Below, piece after piece: positions 19,425 through 28,976 of a DNA stretch of 64,000 nucleotides. Both the position numbers and the translations under genes were made by a program. The notes below the pieces were generated by a model. It had not been told where the DNA came from, did no database searches, and saw nothing but the letters and a program-made list of their open reading frames with translations. The stretch comes from Candidatus Cloacimonadales bacterium (GTDB taxonomy: Bacteria > Cloacimonadota > Cloacimonadia > Cloacimonadales > JAFGVF01): contig OY762964.1 in the NCBI GenBank assembly GCA_963667035.1, positions 224,001 to 288,000 on the forward strand, written 5' to 3'. Numbering within the stretch: position 1 is the stretch's first letter; each line of letters starts with the position of its first letter.

Positions 19425-22400
19425 ATGCGAAAGATAGCTTCAATATTGTTCTTTGTTTTGCTTTTTGGAAGTTTATCTTTGGTTGCACAAGAGACAGGTA
19501 CCTTAGCTGTTAAAGTAAAAACCAATGACGGAGATTTAGTTTCCTATGCGAATGTTGTGCTGTTTAAAGACGGCGTTAACACTAAGATAGGTGGACAAAC
19601 GAGTAGTTCTGGTACTTGCAGGATTATCAATATTCCACCGGGAGTATATGATGCCAAGATTTCTAAAATGAGTTATGCGGCTGTAACTGTTGAAAGACTT
19701 AGGATTAATGCAGGTTCAGTCACTACTCAAAATGTAAAACTGACTAAACAATCAGTAGCTTTGGACATTGATGTAAGAGTTATTGCAGAGAAGCCCAAGG
19801 TTGATGCCAGTAAAATGGGATCGGGAGCTAGGATCGAAATTGACAACATCGGGGATAAGGCCGTTGATGATGTCGATGATATGTTAAAAGATATTGCCGG
19901 TATATCGGTTACGAACGAAGGTGTCCGTGTTAGAGGCGGAAGAACAGGTGAGGTTGTTTACTCTGTTGACGGTATGCCTGTCTCGGATCCTGTTGATGGT
20001 GGTGTTGCTTTGAGTGTTGATACTGATGCTATTGCTGACATGAATGTAATGACCGGTGGTTTTACTGCTGAATTCGGTAATGCTCAATCAGGTATCGTAT
20101 CAATTGTTACCAAAAGCGGTGGAAGATTTTACTCGGGTAAGTTGGAATATTCTACAGATCACCTTATATCTGACGAAAATAGTAATTCAGATTTGCTTAG
20201 ATTTGCTATTGGAGGTCCGCTGTTAGGATATCGTTCAGGTAAACTAAGAGATAATCTGACTTTCTTTTTAAATGGAAGTGGATCATGGTCTGATGGTCGT
20301 TTTAAGGATAGCTGGAAAAGTGATCCCAATGATGATTTCGTCTTGAATGGAACTTCTCTTCTTAAAACAGATTATGAAGAGTATAATCCGTATAAAGACA
20401 GAGAAGATTTTCTATGGACTGAGTTAGGCGAGAGAAATTATAATAGTTATAATGCTAATTTTAAAACTAAATATCAGATTACTCCGGCAACTAAGTTCAC
20501 TTTAGCCGTTCGTGGCGATAGAGAAATCAATGACGCATATACTCCTAAGGACAAATACGCTCTTCAGCATAATGGACAAAGTGAAATTAATCAGAGACAA
20601 TATGTAGTTAATTTTGATCAAGTCTTTAATCCCCAAATGAATCTTAAGGTAAAAGCTAGTTACTATAACAAAACTACAGATTACGCACCTAAAGGTGTGA
20701 ATCGTAATTCATATATATATCAAACAATTACTGATAATGACATTTACAATTCAGATGGAACTGTTAATCAAGAAATGCTAGATTCATACGTTGCCAATGT
20801 ATTCAGTAACTTTTCAATAGGTAATACTGGAGCAGGATGGGAAACAATAGCAGGGACTAATGATATAATGATTGGTTTCCCTTCTTATGAAGATTGGGTG
20901 TATGAATATACTATTACTCCATTAGAAAAAGAAGGGACAATACCTTTTACTTATCCAGGAACAATTGCAGATACTTTTATCAATGACGAGACAACCACTG
21001 CAAGCTTTAAGGCTGATTTTGAATATCTAATAAATGACGTTCATCAAGCAAAAACAGGGCTTGAGTTCATCCAGCATTTTATTGATAAAGATCAAGTAAG
21101 TAATTTCCTCACAATTAACAACCCAAGAATGAAAGACTATCTTAAAGAAATTTATGATACAAATTCCTACATTGATACTAATGACGATTCGTCTATAGCG
21201 TCAATTCCTGATGAATTGGCCTATGTTGAACAAATCGATTCAACCGGTGTTCTGAAAGATGACTATAGATTTGTTTATAATCCGGACGATTACTATGATG
21301 CAGCAATGGCAGCATCAGGCGTTAGTAACGGTTACAAAGCCACTCCTCTTCAAGCTGCTTACTATTTACAGGATAGAATGGAGTGGGAAGGTATGATTGT
21401 TAATTTAGGTCTTCGTCTAGACTACTGGTATCTTGGTAAGAGTTATGAAAAACTTCTTGACAATGGTGCTTATGAAGACGTTGATTTTGTAAAGGATTTA
21501 GGATACAGTAAATCAGATTTACACCAGTTAATGCTTTCTCCAAGACTTGGTGTTTCTCACCCTATTTCAGAGAGAGATGTGCTTAGATTTGCTTACAATT
21601 ATCAAAATCAGTTACCTCCAATGGCATATATCTTCACTAGCAGAACTCCGGAAGATGCTAATGATAATGCCGGTATTACTGTCGGTAATCCGACACTTGA
21701 GCCTCAAATAACTGTTACCTACGAAGTTGGTCTTACACATCAGATGAGTGAGGATTATGTATTAGATGTTACTACATATTATAAGAATATATATAACTAT
21801 GTCTCAACTGAGAAGAAATCAGATCCTAATCAAGAACAAGTATATTGGTATAAGTACATTTCTCAAGACTACGGTAGTGCTCGTGGTATTGACCTAAGTT
21901 TGACAAAGTTCATGTCAAACTTCTGGACAGGATCAATAGCTTATAGTTTAGCTTGGGCTGAAGGTAATAACTCGGCAACTAATATTCAGGATAGTAATAC
22001 AAACTATAGAGAATTCGCTTTAGATTGGGATGTACGACATGATGTTAAATTGAATCTTACATTCAGAATTGATAAAGGTGAAGAATTCATGATTCCCGGA
22101 ACATCTTTTATATTGCCGTTAAGTGATTTCTCTACCAACTTTAGTGCTAATTACACTACAGCAAGACCTTACACACCATCATCAGAAAACGGTGAGTCTC
22201 TTGATACAAATAGTGAAAGACTTGAACCTACTATGAGTACTAATTTGAGAATTACTAAAGGTTGGACAATTGGTGACAAATATAAAATAAGAGCTTATTG
22301 TGATATCTCAAATCTGTTTAAATATAATAATATTTACACTGTTTATCCCAAAACCGGTAGTCCGAACTGGGATGGAGAGTTAGATCCAATAACAACAAAC

Positions 22401-22511
22401 GAGGGTTATATAGTACCTGAAGACCAGTTCATGCGAGATTTACTTATTAATAACCCATCTTACGAAAATAATGATAGAAGAGTTACGGTTGGCGTAGCCT
22501 TTAATTTTTAA
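19425..22511 (+). CDS. TonB-dependent receptor with N-terminal carboxypeptidase-regulatory-like domain
   Basis: Signal peptide; VRGGR..EV.Y.VDG plug; TGGFTAEFGNAQSGIV; SPRLG.S.PI; GNPTLEPQ.T; C-terminal Phe. Confidence 0.93.
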   Translation: MRKIASILFFVLLFGSLSLVAQETGTLAVKVKTNDGDLVSYANVVLFKDGVNTKIGGQTSSSGTCRIINIPPGVYDAKISKMSYAAVTVERLRINAGSVTTQNVKLTKQSVALDIDVRVIAEKPKVDASKMGSGARIEIDNIGDKAVDDVDDMLKDIAGISVTNEGVRVRGGRTGEVVYSVDGMPVSDPVDGGVALSVDTDAIADMNVMTGGFTAEFGNAQSGIVSIVTKSGGRFYSGKLEYSTDHLISDENSNSDLLRFAIGGPLLGYRSGKLRDNLTFFLNGSGSWSDGRFKDSWKSDPNDDFVLNGTSLLKTDYEEYNPYKDREDFLWTELGERNYNSYNANFKTKYQITPATKFTLAVRGDREINDAYTPKDKYALQHNGQSEINQRQYVVNFDQVFNPQMNLKVKASYYNKTTDYAPKGVNRNSYIYQTITDNDIYNSDGTVNQEMLDSYVANVFSNFSIGNTGAGWETIAGTNDIMIGFPSYEDWVYEYTITPLEKEGTIPFTYPGTIADTFINDETTTASFKADFEYLINDVHQAKTGLEFIQHFIDKDQVSNFLTINNPRMKDYLKEIYDTNSYIDTNDDSSIASIPDELAYVEQIDSTGVLKDDYRFVYNPDDYYDAAMAASGVSNGYKATPLQAAYYLQDRMEWEGMIVNLGLRLDYWYLGKSYEKLLDNGAYEDVDFVKDLGYSKSDLHQLMLSPRLGVSHPISERDVLRFAYNYQNQLPPMAYIFTSRTPEDANDNAGITVGNPTLEPQITVTYEVGLTHQMSEDYVLDVTTYYKNIYNYVSTEKKSDPNQEQVYWYKYISQDYGSARGIDLSLTKFMSNFWTGSIAYSLAWAEGNNSATNIQDSNTNYREFALDWDVRHDVKLNLTFRIDKGEEFMIPGTSFILPLSDFSTNFSANYTTARPYTPSSENGESLDTNSERLEPTMSTNLRITKGWTIGDKYKIRAYCDISNLFKYNNIYTVYPKTGSPNWDGELDPITTNEGYIVPEDQFMRDLLINNPSYENNDRRVTVGVAFNF

Positions 22512-22536
22512 TAAAAACTAAGGAGGATAGAGAAGA

Positions 22537-23361
22537 ATGAAAAGGAATCTTGTCTTAACCGTACTTATGGTTATTGTGATGAGTTTAACCTTCACAAGTA
22601 TAGCTTTTGCTCAAGCAGATGCTACAGATCCTGCGATGAGTCAGGAAGTGGAAAGTGCAGATGTTGTACAGCCCGATGCAATAGACACAGAGGCTACTAC
22701 ACAAGGTGGTGGCTTACAGGAATTTGCCAAGAAAGTACTTGGTAGCGGTTTCGTTGATATCTTTGTTAAGGGTGGATTCACAATGTGGCCACTTCTTGCC
22801 CTTACTATTTGGGGTCTTGCTTATATTATCTGGAAAATGATTGCTATTAGCTATGCTAAGGTAAATGTATCTGAATTTTTAGATAAAATTCTTCCTCTTA
22901 TCGAAAAGGGACAGTACAAAGATGCTGTTGAGTTTGCAAAGAAAACACGTGGTCCGGTAGCCGCTGTTATCTATGCCGGTTTATTGAAAGCCGACAGAAG
23001 TCTTGAAGCTGTTGAAAAAGCTATCGAGAATGCCGGTGTTATCGAAATGTCTTACCTTGAAAAAGGTTTTACAGAGTTATCAACAACAATTACCTTAGCT
23101 CCTATGTTTGGTTTCTTTGGTACACTTGTTGGTATGATTGGTGCGTTTGACGCTATTGAAAAGGCCGGTGAAGTTGAGCCAACTATTGTTGCCGGTGGTA
23201 TTAAGGTAGCCCTCATTACTTCAGCTGCAGGTTTAGCTATTTCAATTCCGGTACAGTTCTTTTACAATATCTTCACCGGAATGGTAGATAATCTTGTTAT
23301 CGATATGCAACGTGCAACTGAAAAGGTAGTTGAAAAGCTTATAGAAAAGAAGGGGGAATAA
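22537..23361 (+). CDS. exbB: MotA/TolQ/ExbB proton channel
   Basis: LAPMFGFFGTLVGMIGAF...AGGIKVALITSAAGL. Confidence 0.92.
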   Translation: MKRNLVLTVLMVIVMSLTFTSIAFAQADATDPAMSQEVESADVVQPDAIDTEATTQGGGLQEFAKKVLGSGFVDIFVKGGFTMWPLLALTIWGLAYIIWKMIAISYAKVNVSEFLDKILPLIEKGQYKDAVEFAKKTRGPVAAVIYAGLLKADRSLEAVEKAIENAGVIEMSYLEKGFTELSTTITLAPMFGFFGTLVGMIGAFDAIEKAGEVEPTIVAGGIKVALITSAAGLAISIPVQFFYNIFTGMVDNLVIDMQRATEKVVEKLIEKKGE

Positions 23362-23769
23362 ATGAGTTTTGACCGGAAAAGGAAGGCAGAAGTTGAGATT
23401 CCAACAGCTTCAATGTCAGATATTTCTTTCCTTTTACTGGTATTCTTCCTTTCAACTACTACATTCGATATAAAGAAAGGTCTTGGTATAGTTTTACCCG
23501 CAGCTTCTAAGGAAGATACCAAAAAGGTAAAGCTAAAACAGGACAATTTAACCAAGGTTTTTGTCGACGGAGAAGGTGAAATACTCCTTAATGATGAGAT
23601 AGTTGACTTAGACCAATTAGAAGATAGAATACAGAAAGTTGTCAGTGAGAACCCCGATATGGTGGTTTCATTAAAAACTGATAGAAATGCGAAATATGAC
23701 AACATGGTAGTTGTTCTTGACCGTATCCAGAGAGCTGGGGCGGAAAAGATTTCGCTTTCAACAAACTAA
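23362..23769 (+). CDS. exbD: ExbD/TolR family protein
   Basis: IPTASMSDISFLLLVFF TM segment with conserved Asp. Confidence 0.9.
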   Translation: MSFDRKRKAEVEIPTASMSDISFLLLVFFLSTTTFDIKKGLGIVLPAASKEDTKKVKLKQDNLTKVFVDGEGEILLNDEIVDLDQLEDRIQKVVSENPDMVVSLKTDRNAKYDNMVVVLDRIQRAGAEKISLSTN

Positions 23770-23779
23770 GGGAGGAAAC

Positions 23780-24184
23780 ATGGCGTTGCTTAGAAAGAAA
23801 AGAGCTAAAGTATCTATACCAACAGCTTCGATGTCCGACATCTCCTTCCTTCTGTTACTATTCTTCATGGTTTCAACAGTATTTGTGAAAGAGAAAGGTT
23901 TAAACGTTGAGTTACCTAAAGCTTATGCTATTGAAAAGATTCCAAGGAATCATGCAGTAACAATATACGTTGATAAAAGTGAGAATGTATCAATTGATGA
24001 TTTGCTTATTCCATTAGAAAGTATAGAATATATAATGGCTAGCAAGTTGGCATTGGATTATAATTCTCTATTCTGTTTCAGAACTGATAAGTTTACACGC
24101 TTTGGTGTTATGTCAGACGTGTTAAAGAAACTACAGGAAGCAGATGCTCTTCGCGTGTACTTTGAAGCAAGGTTGAAAAGGTAG
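23780..24184 (+). CDS. exbD: ExbD/TolR family protein (second paralogue)
   Basis: IPTASMSDISFLLLLFF; RBS GGAGG before ATG 23780. Confidence 0.9.
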   Translation: MALLRKKRAKVSIPTASMSDISFLLLLFFMVSTVFVKEKGLNVELPKAYAIEKIPRNHAVTIYVDKSENVSIDDLLIPLESIEYIMASKLALDYNSLFCFRTDKFTRFGVMSDVLKKLQEADALRVYFEARLKR

Positions 24185-24838
24185 GTGAGTGAGATGAGTA
24201 AAATAGAAAGAATCCAAGATTGGAAAGATGTTGCAAATTCCTATTTTGAAAAAGCTTTAAGCCTTTCGATAATCATTATGCTTTTTGCTGTAATGACTAC
24301 ACCTAAATTCGAAATTAAAGTTAAAAAACGTGAAGTTAAGCACGTTGAAGCTATAGAGATACCACCTGAGATCAGAGAAAAGATAAAGCCTCCAGAGCAA
24401 ACTAAAGTAGATTTGGAAATCATTATTGATGACACTGATTTGGGCGAAGATGAAGACACTGAGATTGAAGAAATTGATACAATCGCAACAACAGTGCTTG
24501 ATACAGAGGATATAGTGGAAGCACCTAGAGGAAAAGTTGGAGAGACACCTAAATTTGTTCCTTATGAAGATGCTCCGGTAGTTGTAACTTCTGTCTTGCC
24601 CGAGTATTCTGAATTTGCTAGAAAATCAGGTATTCAAGGTGATGTGCTATTGGATGTGGAAGTCCTGGAAGACGGTTCTGTTGGAGCAGTTGAAGTGTTA
24701 GAATCACTCCAGGCTGGTATTGGTGGATTGGATGAAGCTGCTGTTAAAGCAGTTAGACAGTGGAAATTTCAGCCAGCTATGAGTAATGGTCAACCTGTTG
24801 CATGCTGGGTACAATTCCCCGTAACATTCTCGTTTTGA
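24185..24838 (+). CDS. tonB: Energy transducer TonB
   Basis: N-terminal TM, acidic/Pro linker, TonB_C (PEY..ARKSGIQGDV...LDEAAVKAVRQWKFQPA). Confidence 0.9.
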   Translation: MSEMSKIERIQDWKDVANSYFEKALSLSIIIMLFAVMTTPKFEIKVKKREVKHVEAIEIPPEIREKIKPPEQTKVDLEIIIDDTDLGEDEDTEIEEIDTIATTVLDTEDIVEAPRGKVGETPKFVPYEDAPVVVTSVLPEYSEFARKSGIQGDVLLDVEVLEDGSVGAVEVLESLQAGIGGLDEAAVKAVRQWKFQPAMSNGQPVACWVQFPVTFSF

Positions 24839-24855
24839 TCTATGGAGGATAACTA

Positions 24856-27800
24856 ATGATCTATAATTATAGAAAGTTTTTTCTGGTGCTATTGATAATA
24901 GGGATTTTAGCCACTCTTGGTGCAAGAATGGCTGATAGACCATCATCAGGGAAGAAATTTGATTTAACACAATATCATAATGTTGGAAATATATGGTTAC
25001 GAGTAAGTAACTATGGTTTCTTTGGTTCTGGTGATGACATTGAGCCTCAATATCCTTCTCTTGAGTATCCAGGAGGAAGCGGTGCAGATTATCTTTATCA
25101 GGGTGCATTATGGTTTGGAGCTAAGAAGCAACGCAGAGATTTGGCTGGAAAGAAATTGTACTGGAAGACATTCCCTCCAACTCCTGATAGTAAAGAGACA
25201 ATTACTGAGGACCATCCAGAATGGAACCCAGGTCTTCATGCTGTAATTGATACACTTGTTTCAGTTGGATTTGATGGCGATAATGATCTCTATGAATTTT
25301 TACCTGCATACAACCCCTTGGAGGCATCATCCGATGAATTGTCATCATACTTTGACTCCAATAATCCTGATGACAAGATGATTACTACTTCTATTAGAAA
25401 ACAAAGACGTGGTGTCGATGATGACGGTGACGGTCTTATAGATGAAGACTTCCCTGGTTATACTTTCAAATTCAGAGATAATTCTGAATTGCCGTCAGTA
25501 TTTTCAGATATGAGTGAAGAGTATTTAGCTGACCTGACAGTAGAAGAAATTGCAACGATAAATCAAGGACGCAACTATGAGATTTGGTTCCCATTGGGCT
25601 TCATGGATTTAAGTGATTCAGGCGAAGGAGATATTGACTATAACTTTGCTGGTCCTGTTAATGATGATCATGATAATTATATTGATGAAGATGGTGCTCC
25701 AGTTTCGGAGCAGGATTATATATCTTACTATTATGATTATAGCCCTTTTGGGACATCTGTTAATCGAGACTGGGGTGATGCCAAAAGTAGAAATAATCAC
25801 GTCCCTCTAAATGTTAGAGTGAGACAGATGTCTTATCAGTGGAGCTATGAATACATTAAAAATCTAGTTTATGTTGAATTTGATGTTACAAACATGGGAC
25901 AGGATACTTTGTATGATTGTGCTATGGGTATATATATGGATTCAGACGTTGGCCCTCAAAGTTACGGATCGGACAAAGCACAGGATGACTTGTCTGGATA
26001 TGTAAAAGGACGTGGTTATGAGTTTGCTTATACTAGAGACGATGATGGAGATGATGGACTTGTTAGTGGTTTAGTAGGAGCTAGGGTTTGTACTCCTGAT
26101 CCTGATACTCTTGATTTCTCTTGTTGGTATTGGGCAGTTGGTGATGGTCCGGAAGATAGTGATCCTCAACAAGTTGGTAGTGCTGAAACTTATAATGAGA
26201 AGTATTATTTATTAACAGGTAAGAAACCAGCATCTAATCCTGATATTCTTGATTTGAGAAAAAATGATGATCCAACAATTTCTGAGTTTGAACAACCGAA
26301 TGCAGCTGATACAAGGTTTTTATTTGCTTTCTACGGTGCTCAACCGGGTACAACAGATTATAGTGATCAAACAAAAAGATGGAATTTAGCTCCTTCAAAA
26401 ACAATGAAAATTGTTGTTGCAGTATTCCCCGGAGATAATCTTCCTGATTTGAAACGTTCTGCTCGCTGGGCAAAAGACATCTATGGTCGAGCTCAGGATT
26501 TGACAACTGTTGTACTCCCCGATACTTTCCCACATTATAACCCACCAGAGCCCCCAACAATACCAAAGATGTATGCTGATATTGTTAATGACGGTAAGGA
26601 AATTGATGTGTACTGGGATAATCGTTCAGAGTATACTGTAGATACAAAAACTGTAAGTACTGCCTTGATTGGATGGCAGAATAATAACGTTCAATGGGAT
26701 AGCTTTACTGGAAATTATAATGACAATATCCCTGCTGAGTTTGGATTAACTGAAGCTAATATGAATGTTGCAGCTAAAGTTAACCCATTTACTGGAAATA
26801 GACTTAGACACGACTTCCAAGGTTATACATTGTGGGGTCGCTCAGGTAGCGGTTCACAAGAAGATTGGGAGATGATAAATCGTTGGGATAAGATTGAAAC
26901 AGCTATCGATTTAGAGGATTATGTTGTAAACCAAGCTCAAGGTGATTTAATTTATTATGGCGGCTATCGTGGTAATGACACTGGACTTCCAGAGGAAGCG
27001 ATTGCAAATATTGCTGATACGAATTACTATAGATTGAACGAGTATTATCAGTTTGTTCAAATAAATGAGGGAGATATCATATACGGTAAGCCACTTTATC
27101 AGCATGATATTGATTGGAGTGAAGAGCTTCAAGCTGAAGCCGATGCAAAGGCAGAAGAGCTTGGAAGTAGCACGAGCATGCTTACTGAAGAAGCCAAGAA
27201 TGTGCAAGCATTAATGTTTAAAAATGAAAATGTACCGGATGCAATATACCTTGAACTTTATGACGATGCGTTAATACCACTTACTGGTCATGGCGGACAA
27301 ACATATAATCCTGATTTTCCAGGTGGATCTGATGCGACTTTGGAAGAGTTAAGAAAAGATAGACTTTCTAGACGCTATTATCATCAGAAAATTACCAATC
27401 CCCCTCGAGGAGTTGAATACTATGTTGCCGTTACTGCTTTTGATAGAGGTATTCCGGGTAATGACTTGGATTATCTGGAATCAGGAAGAGACGCTGATGC
27501 TAACATGAAGATTCTTTTCCCCGGCCATACAAGTAAAACTAACATGGATAACATTTATGTTATACCGAACCCCTATCTTGGCTCTTCTAAATTTGACGGA
27601 AGGAGGGAGAATGATGATAAGGGTGACAAGAGTAAACGTCTTTGGTTCGTTAATTTACCTAAAAGATGTACTATTCGCGTTTATACACTTGCAGGTGACC
27701 TAGTTGATAAAATTGAGCATAATGGTGCACATGAAGCTGATATCATCACTATAAGTAAAGCTGCTACTCAGGGAATTACTGCTGATGGTATTCATGAATG

Positions 27801-27912
27801 GGATTTAATATCTCGTAATGACCAAATTATCGCTAGTGGTGTATATTTGTTTTCTGTTGAGGACAAACAGAGCGGTGATATTAAAGTCGGCAAATTTGTG
27901 ATAGTTAAGTAG
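24856..27912 (+). CDS. Large secreted acidic protein with DxDxDG loops and a variant FlgD/T9SS-like CTD
   Basis: Signal peptide; HNVGN.W..VSNYG, EYPGGSG..YL..GALWFG; C-terminus VIPNPY...FVNLP...IYTLAGDLV...WDL...ASGVYLFSV...GKFVIVK. Confidence 0.8.
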   Translation: MIYNYRKFFLVLLIIGILATLGARMADRPSSGKKFDLTQYHNVGNIWLRVSNYGFFGSGDDIEPQYPSLEYPGGSGADYLYQGALWFGAKKQRRDLAGKKLYWKTFPPTPDSKETITEDHPEWNPGLHAVIDTLVSVGFDGDNDLYEFLPAYNPLEASSDELSSYFDSNNPDDKMITTSIRKQRRGVDDDGDGLIDEDFPGYTFKFRDNSELPSVFSDMSEEYLADLTVEEIATINQGRNYEIWFPLGFMDLSDSGEGDIDYNFAGPVNDDHDNYIDEDGAPVSEQDYISYYYDYSPFGTSVNRDWGDAKSRNNHVPLNVRVRQMSYQWSYEYIKNLVYVEFDVTNMGQDTLYDCAMGIYMDSDVGPQSYGSDKAQDDLSGYVKGRGYEFAYTRDDDGDDGLVSGLVGARVCTPDPDTLDFSCWYWAVGDGPEDSDPQQVGSAETYNEKYYLLTGKKPASNPDILDLRKNDDPTISEFEQPNAADTRFLFAFYGAQPGTTDYSDQTKRWNLAPSKTMKIVVAVFPGDNLPDLKRSARWAKDIYGRAQDLTTVVLPDTFPHYNPPEPPTIPKMYADIVNDGKEIDVYWDNRSEYTVDTKTVSTALIGWQNNNVQWDSFTGNYNDNIPAEFGLTEANMNVAAKVNPFTGNRLRHDFQGYTLWGRSGSGSQEDWEMINRWDKIETAIDLEDYVVNQAQGDLIYYGGYRGNDTGLPEEAIANIADTNYYRLNEYYQFVQINEGDIIYGKPLYQHDIDWSEELQAEADAKAEELGSSTSMLTEEAKNVQALMFKNENVPDAIYLELYDDALIPLTGHGGQTYNPDFPGGSDATLEELRKDRLSRRYYHQKITNPPRGVEYYVAVTAFDRGIPGNDLDYLESGRDADANMKILFPGHTSKTNMDNIYVIPNPYLGSSKFDGRRENDDKGDKSKRLWFVNLPKRCTIRVYTLAGDLVDKIEHNGAHEADIITISKAATQGITADGIHEWDLISRNDQIIASGVYLFSVEDKQSGDIKVGKFVIVK

Positions 27913-27920
27913 GAGGAAAG

Positions 27921-28952
27921 ATGAAAAGAATAATTACACCAATAATAGTAATCTTACTTTTTGTTCCTGTATTACTAAATGCTGAGATCTTTCCTAAAGT
28001 AGGTACAGCATCACTTCAATTCTTAAAGATAGGAGTTGATGCTAGAGCTATTGGTATGGGTGAAGCTTATGTTCCGGTAACTGATGATATATCATCAACT
28101 TTCTGGAATCCTGCAGGATTAGGTATGTTACAAAACACACAAGTATTTTACTCTCATACTAATTGGCCTGCTAAAATCTATCATGAATATATTGCAGCAT
28201 CATATACTAGAGGAATTAGTACATTTGCATTGTCCGGTTCATTTCTTCATATGAGTCCTATGAAAGAGACAACTGAAGAAGCCTTTGGCCCGACAGGTAG
28301 AGAGTTTCGTTCTTCCGACTTGTCAATAGGATTTAGTTATGCTGTCGCTTGGACTAGTCAATTCAATTTTGGAGTTACAGCAAAGTATTTACGCGAAGAT
28401 TTGTTTGAAGATATATATGTTAACAGCTATGCTTTTGATATTGGCTCAATTTATGACACAAAATGGAGAAATCTAAAAATTGGTATGTGTCTTAGAAACT
28501 TTGGACCTGACGTAAAGTTTACTGTTGATAATGATGGTGATGGCAGCGAAGATGAAGACCCGTTTGATCTTTTGGATAATGATAATGATGGGTTGATTGA
28601 TGAAGATAAAGAAGAACTCGGCTACAAGATTCCTCTCAGCTTCTCATTAGGAGCAAGTATGGATTTGTATAGAGATGATAATACTTACCTATTGGCAGCT
28701 GCTCAACTTGATAATGTTGTTGATAGAAGTGAAACTTGGAACGTTGGTTTTGAGTATAAACTATCAGTATTATTCTTACGTGCGGGTAGACAACTTAATT
28801 ATGATGAGAATGGATTTACTGCCGGATTTGGTGTTATGATACCAACAGATTTAGCAGTCTATAATATTGATTATGCTTACACTGATATGGGTTATCTTGC
28901 AGAAGATTTTATGCATAGTGCTCATAGAGTATCGATAAAAATGAAATTCTAA
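27921..28952 (+). CDS. PorV/PorQ (UPF0164/FadL-like) family outer-membrane beta-barrel
   Basis: FLKIGVDARAIGMGEA...FWNPAGL; alternating beta strands; ends in F. Confidence 0.85.
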   Translation: MKRIITPIIVILLFVPVLLNAEIFPKVGTASLQFLKIGVDARAIGMGEAYVPVTDDISSTFWNPAGLGMLQNTQVFYSHTNWPAKIYHEYIAASYTRGISTFALSGSFLHMSPMKETTEEAFGPTGREFRSSDLSIGFSYAVAWTSQFNFGVTAKYLREDLFEDIYVNSYAFDIGSIYDTKWRNLKIGMCLRNFGPDVKFTVDNDGDGSEDEDPFDLLDNDNDGLIDEDKEELGYKIPLSFSLGASMDLYRDDNTYLLAAAQLDNVVDRSETWNVGFEYKLSVLFLRAGRQLNYDENGFTAGFGVMIPTDLAVYNIDYAYTDMGYLAEDFMHSAHRVSIKMKF

Positions 28953-28976
28953 ATAAAAGTAATATATGGAGGAATT

